Part shown: one piece after another, positions 1 to 10,600 of the stretch
Layout of the letters: the number at the start of each line of letters is the position of its first letter
Position numbering within the stretch: the stretch's first letter is position 1
Assembly: GCA_965203485.1 (NCBI GenBank)
Contig: OZ241892.1
Span: 1,184,001 to 1,248,000, forward strand
From: Longimicrobiales bacterium
GTDB lineage: Bacteria > Gemmatimonadota > Gemmatimonadetes > Longimicrobiales > Gaopeijiaceae
Length of the DNA: 64,000 nucleotides
Direction of reading: 5' to 3'
Notes under the pieces: model-generated
What the model was told of the DNA's origin: nothing
The model's database searches: none
Seen by the model: only the letters and a program-made list of their open reading frames with translations
Position numbers and translations under genes: made by a program

Positions 1-1509
1 GCCCGGGCCGTCCTCGAGGAGCGGTTCGGCTTCGGCGGCTTTCGTCCCGGCCAAGAACGCCTGATCGCCGGAGCGCTGTCGGGGCGGGACGTGCTCGGTG
101 TCCTGCCGACAGGCGGCGGCAAGACGCTCTGCTACCAGTTGCCGGCGTTCTTGCTGGACGGCCTCGTCGTCGTCGCAAGCCCGCTCCTGTCGCTGATGCA
201 GGACCAAGTGGACCGGGCACGGCGCCTGGGCCTTCGGGCTGGGTCGCTCACGTCGTTGCATTCCCCGGAATCGCAGCGGCGCACCGAGCGGATGATATGC
301 GGGAACCAGCTGGACCTGCTGTTCTGCTCGCCGGAGCGGCTCGAGGCCGGCCGGCTGGGAAGCGCGCTGGCGTCGGCCCGAGTGTCGTTGCTCGTCGTGG
401 ACGAGGCGCACTGCATATCGGAGTGGGGGCACGACTTTCGCCCCGCGTTCCGCCGCATCGGCCGGATGCGGGCGGTCGTGCCGGCCTCGGCGCTCGCGGT
501 CACGGCCACCGCCACGCCGGCGGTGCGCGACGACATCGCCCGCGTTTGCCGGATGAACGATCCATTGCGCGTCGTGACGTCGTTCGACCGGCCCAACATT
601 CGCTGGCTCGTTGCCCGGGCGGGCGCCGGAGCCGGCCGCGTGCGCGCCATCGCGCGTTGCGTTCGCGGCGCCGCCGGCGCGGGCAAGGCGGAAGCCGTGA
701 TCGTCTATGCGCCGACGCGGCGCGCGGTCGCTGCCATCCGGCGCGTCCTGGCTGGGTACGGCATCGCGGCAGACGCCTATCACGCCGCGTTGCCGCCCGA
801 GGAGCGCCAAGCCGTCCAGGATCGGTTCATGGCTCGCGAGTGCAACGTCGTCGTCGCCACGTGCGCCTTCGGGATGGGCATCGACCGCAGCGACGTGCGG
901 GCCGTCTTCCACTACGCCTTTCCCGGCTCGCTCGAGAGCTACTACCAGGAGGCGGGACGCGCAGGGCGCGACGGGGCGCCGTCGCTGGCGCTGGGGTTCG
1001 TTCACCGCAAGGACTGGGCGATTCCCGAAGCGTTCTTGGAGAAGTCGTTTCCGCGCCCGCAGGCCGTGTTGCGCTTCCTTGCCCGGCTGGCGTCCCAGGG
1101 ACGCACCGCCAAGCTGCATCCCCAGCAGCTCCTGGGACGCGGCGGAACCAACGCGGCCGTGTTGCGGTGGGCCGAGCGGTCCGGTGCGCTCCAACTGGAC
1201 CCCGTCTTCGCCGGCCGTCTGGCCGCGGCCCCGGCCGGAACGCCGGCCGCGGAGGCGAGTTGCGAGCGCCCGCCTTCCGGCGACCCCGGCGTTCGCGTGG
1301 CCTCGTGCCCGGCTCGGCTCACGGGCAAGCCGCCGGACCTCGAGCCGTTGCGGACCGCCCGCGACCAAGCCAGGCGGCGCCTCGCCGGCATGCGGCGCTA
1401 CTGCCATGGGCGGCGATGCCGCCGGGCGGAGCTCCTGCGTTATCTTGGAGAACGCGTCTCCCAGCGGTCGTGCGGCTCCTGCGACCGGTGCGAGTCTCCC
1501 CGGGCATGA
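1..1509 (+). CDS. recQ: RecQ family ATP-dependent DNA helicase (5' end outside the window)
   Basis: Frame open from base 1 (FGFGGFRPGQE). Motifs PTGGGKT, DEAHCISEWGHDFRP, ATCAFGMGID, YYQEAGRAGRDG and a C-terminal Zn cluster CRR...CGSCDRC. Confidence 0.95.
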   Translation, partial: ARAVLEERFGFGGFRPGQERLIAGALSGRDVLGVLPTGGGKTLCYQLPAFLLDGLVVVASPLLSLMQDQVDRARRLGLRAGSLTSLHSPESQRRTERMICGNQLDLLFCSPERLEAGRLGSALASARVSLLVVDEAHCISEWGHDFRPAFRRIGRMRAVVPASALAVTATATPAVRDDIARVCRMNDPLRVVTSFDRPNIRWLVARAGAGAGRVRAIARCVRGAAGAGKAEAVIVYAPTRRAVAAIRRVLAGYGIAADAYHAALPPEERQAVQDRFMARECNVVVATCAFGMGIDRSDVRAVFHYAFPGSLESYYQEAGRAGRDGAPSLALGFVHRKDWAIPEAFLEKSFPRPQAVLRFLARLASQGRTAKLHPQQLLGRGGTNAAVLRWAERSGALQLDPVFAGRLAAAPAGTPAAEASCERPPSGDPGVRVASCPARLTGKPPDLEPLRTARDQARRRLAGMRRYCHGRRCRRAELLRYLGERVSQRSCGSCDRCESPRA

Positions 1510-1549
1510 CGGCGCGCGCCGTTGCTCCTTCCGCTCCCGCCGGACCAGC

Positions 1550-2773
1550 ATGCATCCGTTTCTGGCCGCCTCGCACCTCGCCCTGCAGGCCGAGGTTCGC
1601 GACTTCGGGCGCGAGGCCGTAGCGCCGGCAGCCCGCGAACTCGACGAAGCGGCCCTGTTTCCGTGGGACAACGTCCGCGCGATGGGCGAGCGCGGCTGGC
1701 TCGGCGTGCCCGTTCCCAAGGCGCTGGGCGGCATGGGACGCGACTATCTGTCCTACGTGCTCGTCGTCGAAGAGCTCGCCAAGCACGACGCGAGCCACGC
1801 GATCACGGTCGCCGCCCACACCACGTTGGGCACTTCGCCGCTCGTGTCGTTCGGCAACGACGAGCAGAGGCGGCGGTTCGTCCCCTTGCTGGCCGGCGGG
1901 CAGGTGCTCGGCGGCTTTGGCCTGACGGAGCCCGAGGCCGGGTCGGACTCGTCGGGCATCCGCACGCGCGCCGTCGCCGAGGACGGCGGCTACCGCATCA
2001 ACGGCAACAAGATATTCATCACGCACGCGGGAGTCGGCGAGATATTCGTCGTGGCCGCTTCGACCGACCCTTCCAAGGGTGCGCGCGGCATCACCAACTT
2101 CGTGGTCTGCAAGCCCACGGACGCTCCGGACGAAGCGGAGCGCACCGGGATGGGCCACCGTCCCGAACTCCCGTACACGCCGGGCGTGTCGGCGGGCAAG
2201 AAGGAGGACAAGCTGGGCTGGCGCGCCTCGGACACGCGCGAACTCCGATTCGAGAACGCCTGGGTCGCCGAGGATCAGCGCATCGGCGGGGAAGGGCAGG
2301 GATTCGCCAACTTCATGCGCACCTTGGATGCCGGCCGGATCGGCATCGCCGCGCTCTCGCTGGGCATCGCTCAGGGCGCGCTGGAGGCGGCGGTCGCCCA
2401 CTCCTCGCGGCGGCCGCGGCTCGGACGGCCGGCATGGCGCCGCCAGGAAGTGCGGCTCGGCTTGGCCGGCTTGGCAGCCGAGATCGAAGCCGCGCGCCAG
2501 CTGACCTACCTCGCCGCGTGGCTCAAGGAGCACGCCCGTCCGTTCGCCAAGGAGGCCGCCATGGCCAAGCTGGTCGCGTCCGAGCTGGCCACCAAGTCCG
2601 CCGGCACGGCCGTGCGGTGCATGGGCGGGGCCGGCTACACGGCCGACTACCCCGCGGAGCGGATGCTGCGCGACGCCAAGGCGTGCGAGATCGGCGAGGG
2701 GACCAGCGAGATTCAGAAGATCGTGATCGCGCGACGGATCGCCGAAGAGTTCGGGGCCGCGCGGCCGCCTTGA
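1550..2773 (+). CDS. Acyl-CoA dehydrogenase
   Basis: GGFGLTEPEAGSD, INGNKIFIT, RDAKACEIGEGTSEIQKIVIA. The ATG at 1550 is preferred over the longer ORF start. Confidence 0.93.
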   Translation: MHPFLAASHLALQAEVRDFGREAVAPAARELDEAALFPWDNVRAMGERGWLGVPVPKALGGMGRDYLSYVLVVEELAKHDASHAITVAAHTTLGTSPLVSFGNDEQRRRFVPLLAGGQVLGGFGLTEPEAGSDSSGIRTRAVAEDGGYRINGNKIFITHAGVGEIFVVAASTDPSKGARGITNFVVCKPTDAPDEAERTGMGHRPELPYTPGVSAGKKEDKLGWRASDTRELRFENAWVAEDQRIGGEGQGFANFMRTLDAGRIGIAALSLGIAQGALEAAVAHSSRRPRLGRPAWRRQEVRLGLAGLAAEIEAARQLTYLAAWLKEHARPFAKEAAMAKLVASELATKSAGTAVRCMGGAGYTADYPAERMLRDAKACEIGEGTSEIQKIVIARRIAEEFGAARPP

Positions 2774-2802
2774 CCGGCCCGGCCCGAGCGGGAAATGCCC
2801 CA

Positions 2803-4428
2803 GTGAAGCGCGAGCTCCTCGTCAGCCTCTCCGGCGGCGAAGCGTGGGTGGCGCTCAAGGAAGACGGCATCGTTGCCGAGACGATGTTCGAGCGTCCCGG
2901 CCGCGGACGGATCGTGGGCGACGTGTTCTTGGGCCGCGTGGACGCCGTGGTGCCGGGAATCCAGGCGGCGTTCGTGGACGTCGGCATCGAGAAGTCGGCG
3001 TTCCTCCATGCCTCGGACATCCTTGGCGTTGCCGGCGGCGAGACGGCCGAGCGTCGCGGCGGCGGACGGAGCAGCGCCCGTAGTGGGCCCGAAGGCGGCG
3101 GCGGACGGGACGGACGGGGCGGCGAAGGCGGGCGCAAGGACGAAGGCCGCCAGGGCCGCGTCCGCCCAGGGCGCCGCGGCCGCGAAGCTGTTCTCGTCCA
3201 GGACGTCGTGGAGCGGGGGCAGTCCGTTCTGGTGCAGGCGACCAAGGAGCCGATGTCCACGAAGGGCGCGCGCGTGACCACGGACATATCGCTGGCCGGG
3301 CGGTTTCTGGTGTATCTGCCCATGTCCAGCCACGTCGGCGTCAGCCGCAAGATCGGCGACAGGGCCGAGCGGTTGCGCTTGCGCCGGATGGCCGCGGCGG
3401 TGGCCGGAGAAGGGGACGGCGGCGTCATCGTGCGCACCGCGGGCGAAGAGCTGACGGAGCCGAAGCTTGCCGGGGAGTACCGGCGTCTGCAGGAGCGTTG
3501 GGAGGCGATTCGCCGCAGGGCGGCCTCCGAGTCCCCCCCTGCGCTCCTCCACGAAGAGGCGAAGCTCGTCTCCGGAGTGATCCGAGACGTCTTCACCGAC
3601 AAGTTCGATTCGGTGACGATCGACGACCGCGCCACGCACGAGGAAGTCGTCGAATACGTACGCGCGTTCGCGCCCGAACTGCTCGGCCGCGTGCACCTCT
3701 ACGAGGGCGACGTCCCACTCTTCGACCAAGCGGGCGTCAACCAGGAACTCCGCCGCGCCTTCCGCCGCAAGGTGGACCTGCCGGGCGGCGGCCACGTTGT
3801 GATCGAGCAGACCGAAGCTCTCGTGGCGGTGGACGTGAACACCGGTAGCTTCGCCGACAAGAAGAAGAGCCCCGAGGACACGATTCTGGAGACGAACCTG
3901 GAGGCGGCGCGCGAGATCGCCACGCAGTTGCGCCTGCGCGACGCGGGCGGCATCGTCGTGATCGATTTCATCGATATGGACGTGCCGGAGCACCGCGCCG
4001 CCGTGGTCCGCGAGTTGCGCAACAGGGTGGGCCGGGACCGCGCCCGCACGCGCGTCTGGGAAATGTCGGCGCTGGGTTTGGTCGAGATGACGCGCCAGCG
4101 CGTCCGGCCGTCGTTGCTCCACGCGCTGACCGAGCCGTGCGGCGAGTGCGCGGGCCTGGGCCGGGTCGCCGTTGCGGCGACGGTGCTCCGCGACGTCGAG
4201 CGCGCCGTGCGCAAGGCCGCGGCGGCGGGCGAGGCGCTACTCCTGGCGAGGGTGCATCCGCGCGTGGTCCTGCACGCGATGGAGTCGCAACCGGACTACG
4301 CTCGGTTGCTGGGCAAAGCGGCTCGCGTCCGCGTGGACCTTCGGGATGATCCGTTGCTCCGCGCCGACCAGTTTCGCCTGCTCGCCAGCCGCGCCGAGAC
4401 CGACGTCACCGAGAAGTACCGGGAGTAG
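2803..4428 (+). CDS. rng: Ribonuclease G/E (Rne/Rng family)
   Basis: S1 domain VVPGIQAAFVDVG, plus IEQTEALVAVDVNTG, GGIVVIDFIDM, GLVEMTRQR and the Zn-link CGECAG. GTG start at 2803. Confidence 0.93.
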   Translation: MKRELLVSLSGGEAWVALKEDGIVAETMFERPGRGRIVGDVFLGRVDAVVPGIQAAFVDVGIEKSAFLHASDILGVAGGETAERRGGGRSSARSGPEGGGGRDGRGGEGGRKDEGRQGRVRPGRRGREAVLVQDVVERGQSVLVQATKEPMSTKGARVTTDISLAGRFLVYLPMSSHVGVSRKIGDRAERLRLRRMAAAVAGEGDGGVIVRTAGEELTEPKLAGEYRRLQERWEAIRRRAASESPPALLHEEAKLVSGVIRDVFTDKFDSVTIDDRATHEEVVEYVRAFAPELLGRVHLYEGDVPLFDQAGVNQELRRAFRRKVDLPGGGHVVIEQTEALVAVDVNTGSFADKKKSPEDTILETNLEAAREIATQLRLRDAGGIVVIDFIDMDVPEHRAAVVRELRNRVGRDRARTRVWEMSALGLVEMTRQRVRPSLLHALTEPCGECAGLGRVAVAATVLRDVERAVRKAAAAGEALLLARVHPRVVLHAMESQPDYARLLGKAARVRVDLRDDPLLRADQFRLLASRAETDVTEKYRE

Positions 4429-4578
4429 ACATCGGATGGCGCGCGCGCGCCGACCGACTTCGCGCGCGTTGGCAGTCCTTCGCTGGGGTCGTTTCTTGAC
4501 TTGGACTGGTGGCTGACCGACCTTCCATCCATATCCCCACGTTCCACCGACCTTGCCAAGCCACCGGTGCAACCTGCC

Positions 4579-4668
4579 ATGAGACGACAGAAGCCCCCCC
4601 CCCCCCCCCCCAAGCGATTTGGTTTAGTCAACAGCCTGGATCGGGCGCTCGGTCTCGGTCTGCGCTGA
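4579..4668 (+). promoter_or_regulatory. 29-codon leader ORF (MRRQKPPPPPPKRFGLVNSLDRALGLGLR) containing the C18 tract; its TGA overlaps the giant-gene ATG (TGATG)
   Basis: ATG 4579, C-run 4594-4611, TGA 4666-4668 sharing its A with ATG 4668. Translation of this ORF is not proven. Confidence 0.5.
4594..4611 (+). repeat. C18 homopolymer upstream of the giant gene
   Basis: 18 consecutive C preceded by AG. Confidence 0.95.
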
Positions 4669-7600
4669 TGCCGGTAGCGAGAACCGCGCTCGCGGCCCTC
4701 GGCCTGCTGGCGGCGTTCGGGACCACGGCGCCGGTGCCGCTGAGCGCCCAAAGCGTGGACAGTCTTAAGATCGTCAGCTCGGCGGGTTCGGACAACACGT
4801 ACGCGGCGGGCGACACCATCAAGATCAGGGCGTACTTCAGTGCCGGTGTGGACTTTGCCCAAAGCGACGGTGCGGCCGTGCATATGACGATCGGGACGAC
4901 GACCAGGCACGCACAGGCGAGGACTGGAACCGGAACGTTCGCCGAAGGTACCCCACTTCCAGGATACAGCAATGGGTTCAGCTGGATAGAGTATTGGTAC
5001 CTTGTGCAGACGTCGGACATGGACGCGGACGGGATCAGCGTCACCCAGATGGGTCCTAACGATCTGGACGGTGGCGTCAGTGGTCTACGAATCAACGAGA
5101 GCTTGACGGGCAAGACGATCACGAACGCTGCGGCCCACAAGGTGGACGGCGCCCAGGGGTTGCCCCAGGTGACGGGGGTGACGATATCCAGCAGCACGGG
5201 CGCCGACAGCACGTACTATGCTGGCGACACGATTGCGGTGACGGTGGCGTTCGACTCGACCGTGGCGGTGACGGGCACGCCGCAGCTGGCGCTGTGGGTC
5301 GGCGACTCGACGCGGCAGGCGAACTACGCGAGCGGGACGGGTTCGGCGTCGCTGGTGTTCCGGTACGTGGTGGCGTCGTCGGACATGGACGCGGACGGGA
5401 TTAGCATCGGCGCGAGCGCGTTGTCGCTGAACAGCGGGACGATCCGGTTGGGGACGAAGAACGCGGTCCTGAGCCTGAGCGGCTACACGATCACGAACCC
5501 TGCGGCTCACAAGGTGCAAGGGGGGACGGCGAGGCGGACGGTGACCGGTGTTGCGTTGGCGAGCACGCCGGTAGCTGCGGACAGCACGTACGGTCGGGCG
5601 GAGCGGATTCGTGTGGCAGTGGTGTTCAGCGGGAACGTGGACGTGACGGGGACGCCGCAGCTGGCGCTGACGATCGGCACGCAGACGCGGCAGGCGTCCT
5701 ACGCGAGCGGGACGGGCACGGACACGCTGGTGTTCGAGTACGCTGTGGTGGCGGCGGACACGGACGCGAACGGGCTGAGCATCGGCGCGAGCGCGCTGGC
5801 GGCCCCGTCCGGCGCGACGATCAGGAACGCGGGCACGACGGTGGGCGCGACGCTGTCGCTCGGCAGTCACGCGGTCACGAACGCTGGTGCGCACAAGGTG
5901 AACGGCGCGCTGATCGTGCCGAGGATATCGGCGGTGACGTTCTTGAGCGGCGCGGGCACGGACTCGACGTACGCTGCGGGGGACAACATCAACGTGCGGG
6001 TTCAGTTCGACCGGCCGGTGGTGACGCCGAACTTCCTGGGCAACATGACGCTGAACCTGGAGATTGGGGACAACGTTCGGGCGGCGGGCTGGTACTCGAA
6101 GGACGCGGACGACGTGTTCTTCCGGTACACGGTGACGCGTGCGGACGCGGACGCGGACGGGATCAGCATCCCGGCGAACGCTTTCAGGAACTTCGCGACG
6201 CCGATCACGCGCGTCGGGGGCACGGAGCGTGCGGACTTGTCGCTGGGCGTGCATGCGGTGGCGAACGCTGCGGCGCACAAGGTGGACGGTTTGCAGGGCG
6301 TGCCTGTGGTGGCGGGCGCGGGTCTGGCGAGCGTGACGGGCTCGGACGGGACGTACGGGGTGGGCCAGCGGATCGAGGTGTGGGTGAAGTTCAGCGAGGC
6401 GGTGGACGTGACGGGCACGCCGCAGGTGGCGTTGGGGATCGGGGCGGCGACGCGTCAGGCGGGCTACGCGGGCGGGACGGGGACGGATTCGCTGACGTTC
6501 CGTTACGTGGTTCAGGCGACGGACGCGGACGCGGACGGGTTGAGCATCGGCGCGAGCGCGTTGGGATTGAACAGCGGGACGATCAACAAGGCGGGCGCGT
6601 CGGTGGCGGCGGAGCTGGGACTGGGTTCTCATGCGATCGCGAACGCTGGGGCGCACAAGGTTGCGGGCGACCGTCCAGTGGTGACGGGCGTGTCGCTCAA
6701 CGAAGCTCCGGCGGACAGCACGTTCGAGTTGAGCGACGTGGTGGTCGTGACGGTGGAGTTCAACGCGGCGGTGACGGTGGCGCCCACGACGGGCGCAAGC
6801 AGGCCGCGTGTGCGTGTCGGGGTCGGGTCGGGCTTGAAGAACGCGTTTTACGCGAGGGGTTCGGGTACGACGGCGTTGGAGTTCGAGTACACGGTGTTCC
6901 AGGCGGACGCGGACGCGGACGGGATCAGCATCGGGGCGAGCGCACTGGAGACCCCGTCCGGGAGCACGATTCGGCGGATGGGGACGACGACGGACGCGGT
7001 GTTGGGCCTGGGCGCGCATGCGATAACGAACAGCGCGGCGCACAAGGTGGCGGGCAACACGCGGACGGCGCCTGTGGTGAAGGGGTTGAGGGTCACGAGC
7101 AGTCCTGTGGTTGGGGACACGTACTTGGCGGGCGAGGCGATCGAGGTGGAGGTGGCGTTCGTGCGGGGGGTGTACGTGGCGGGGACGCCGCGTCTGGCTT
7201 TGGAGGTCGGCGACTCGACGCGGCAGGCGGAGTACAACCGCAGGGACGCGACGTTCACGCGGGTGACGTTCCGGTACGTGGTGCAGGCGACGGACGCGGA
7301 CGCGGACGGGATCAGCGTGGGTGCGGGCGCTTTGGCGGCGAGCGCGTCGGACACGATCGCGGACGGTCGGTTGTGGTCGGACGCGGCGGACTTGGCGTTG
7401 GGGTCGCACGTGTTCACGAATGCTGGGGCGCACAAGGTTTCGGGCGCCGTTCCGTACGTGACGAGCGTGTTCTTCATGTCGGCGTCGAACACGGGGATTT
7501 CGTACGCGAGCACGGACAGCGTGTTCGGACTTGGGGACGAGATACGTGTGGGGGTGGGGTTCAACGCGGGGGTGACGGTGGCGGGGACGCCGCGCCTGGC

Positions 7601-10600
7601 TTTGGGGATCGGTGCGCAGACGCGGAGCGCTGCGCAGTGCGACGCGGTAACGAGCGGCAACATCGTGGTGTTCTGCTATACGGTGGTTGCGGCGGACGCG
7701 GACACGACGGGAATCAGCATCGGAGCGAACGCTTTGACGTTGCCGGGCGGCGCGACGATTCGAGCGGCGGGGGCGGCGACGGACGCTCGGCTGTCGTTGG
7801 CGCAGTGGAGCTTCGCGGACGCGGTGGAGTACCAGGTGGACGGGACGAAGGAGGTGGCGCCTGGCGTGGCGGGGGTGGCGATCACGAGCGCGCCGGCGAG
7901 CGACAGCACGTACGGACGCACGGAGGCGATCGAGGTGGAGGTGGAGTTCGAGCGTGCGGTGGCGGTGACGGGCACGCCGCAGCTGGCCTTGGGGATCGAC
8001 ACGCTGACGCGTCAGGCGGGCTACGCGAGCGGGAGCGGTACGCGGACGCTGGTGTTCCGTTACGTGGTGGCGGCGGCTGACGCGGACACGAGCGGGATCA
8101 GCGTGGGCGCGAGCGCGTTGGCTCTGAACGGCGGGACGATTGTGCTTTCGGGCGGCACGGCGGCGGCGGCGTTGGGTTTGGGCAGCCATGCGGTCGCGAA
8201 CGCTCGTTCGCACAAGGTGGACGGGAGCCTGGGATCGCCGGGCGTGACGGGGTTGTCGATCGGTTCGCCTGCGGTGGGCGACGTGTTCGAGCGCGGCGAG
8301 ACGATCGAGGTGTCGGTGGTGTTCCACCGCGCGGTGGACGTGGGGGGCACGCCGCAACTGGCGCTGGGCATCGGGAGCGCGACCAGGCAGGCGGAGTACG
8401 CGAGCGGGACGGGGACGGACACGCTGGTGTTCGGGTACGTGGTGGCGGTCGGCGACGCTGACGCGGACGGGTTGAGCATTGCGGCGGGCGCGTTGACGTT
8501 GAACGGCGGGACGATCCGGCTGGCCGGCGGGACGCTGGACGCGACGCTGGACTTGGGGTCGCACGCGGTTGCGAACAGCGCGGGGCACAAGGTGACGGGC
8601 GCGTTCGTGGCGTCGGCGGTGAGCGGCGTGACGGTGTCGAGCGCGCCAGCGAGCGCGAGCACGTACGAGCTGGGCGAGTCTATCGAGGTGAAGGTGGCGT
8701 TCACGCGCGACGTGGCGGTGACGGGGACGCCGCGACTGGCCTTGGGGATCGGTACGGTCACGCGCCAAGCGGACTACGATTCGGGTTCGAGCAGTGCGGA
8801 CACGCTGGTGTTCGGGTACGCGGTCCGGCCTGCGGACGCGGACGCGGACGGATTGAGCATTGCGGCGGGCGCGCTGGGGTTGAACGGCGGTACGATCGAC
8901 GACGCTCGTCCGGGCATCGGCGCTGCGAGCCTGGATTTGGGGTCGAACGCGATAGCGAACGCTGCGGCGCACAAGGTGAACGGCGGGTTGGGCCCGCCTG
9001 GGGTGACGGGGTTGGCGGTGGCGCCGCCGCCGGCGGGCGCGGTGTTCGAGCGCGGCGACACGATTGTTGCGACGGTGCGGTTCAACAAGGCGGTGGACGT
9101 GACGGGCACGCCGCAGCTGGCGCTGGGGATCGGGGCGCAGACGCGGCAGGCGGCGTATGCGAGCGGGACGGGCACGGCGGCGCTGGTGTTCCGGTACGTG
9201 GTGGCGACGGCGGACGTGGACTTGGACGGGTTGAGCGTTGGCGCGAGCGCACTGGCGCTGAACAGCGGCACGATCGACGTGTCGGGCGGGACGACGGACG
9301 CGTTGCTGAGCTTGGAGCGCCATGCGTTCGAGAACTTCCTGGTGGTGAACGGCGGGCTGTTCACGGCGTCGTCGGTGAGCGGCGTGTCGATATCGAGCAG
9401 TCCAGCGAGCGACAGCACGTACGGTCGCACGGAGCGGATCGAGGTCGAGGTGACGTTCGCCCGCGCGGTGGCGGTGACGGGCACGCCGCAGCTGGCGTTG
9501 ACGATCGGCGACTCGACGCGCCAGGCGAGCTACGCGAGCGGGAGCGGCACGAAGACGCTGGCGTTCGGCTACGTGGTGGTGGCTGCGGACGCGGACGCGA
9601 ACGGTTTGAGCATCGGGCCGGCCGCGCTGGCGTTGAACGGCGGTGCGATCGACGACGCGCGCGACGCGAGCGAGGCTGCGGGCCTGGGTCTGGGGAGCCA
9701 TGCGATATCGAACGCTTTGGCGCACAAGGTGAACGGGAGCCTGGGCCCGCCCGGCGTGACGGGCGTGACGCTCGGCTCGCCGCCGGTGGGCACGACGTTC
9801 GAGCGGGGCGACACGATCGTGGCGACGCTGGCGTTCAACCGGGCGGTGGCGGTGACGGGCGCGCCGCAGCTGGCGCTGGGGATCGGGAGCGCGACGAAGC
9901 AGGCGGTCTACGCGAGCGGGAGCGGCACGTCGTCGCTCGAGTTCCGGTACGTGGTGGTGACGGCGGACGTGGACGCCGACGGGTTGAGCGTCGCGACGAC
10001 GGCGCTGGGATTGAACGGCGGTACGGTTCGGCTGGCGGGCGGGACGCTGGACGCGACTTTGGGGTTGGGCACGCACGCGATATCGAACAGCGCGGGCCAC
10101 AAGGTTGCGGGCGGGACGTTCACGGCGTCTGGCGTGACGGGGGTGGCGGTCGCGAGCAGTCCTGCGAGCGGCGCGACGTACGGGTTGGGCGAGCGGATCG
10201 AGGTTCGGGTGACGTTTGCGCGCGCTGTGGCGGTGACGGGCACGCCGCAGCTGGCGCTGTCGTTCGGCGCTGCGACGCGGCAGGCGGACTACGCGGGCGG
10301 CACGGGCACGCCGCAGCTGGCGTTCGGCTACGTGGTCGTCGCGGGCGACGCCGACTCCGACGGGCTCAGCATCGGCGCGAGCGCTTTGGCGCTGAACGGC
10401 GGCGGGATCGCGGACGGTCGCGACGGTTCGACGGCGGCGGCGCTGGGCCTGGGTTCGAGCGCGGTCACGGACGCTGGGGGCCACCGCGTGGACGCGACGC
10501 GCGGCCCGCCGGGGGTGATGGGCGTGACGATCGGGTCGCCGCAGGTGGGCGACACGTTCGAGCGCGGCGACACGGTCGAGGTCGAGGTCGAGTTCAACAA

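Noticed and set aside
3030..3190. Gly/Arg-rich insertion in the RNase G/E S1 domain
   Set aside because: Low-complexity insertions at this position are common in the family.
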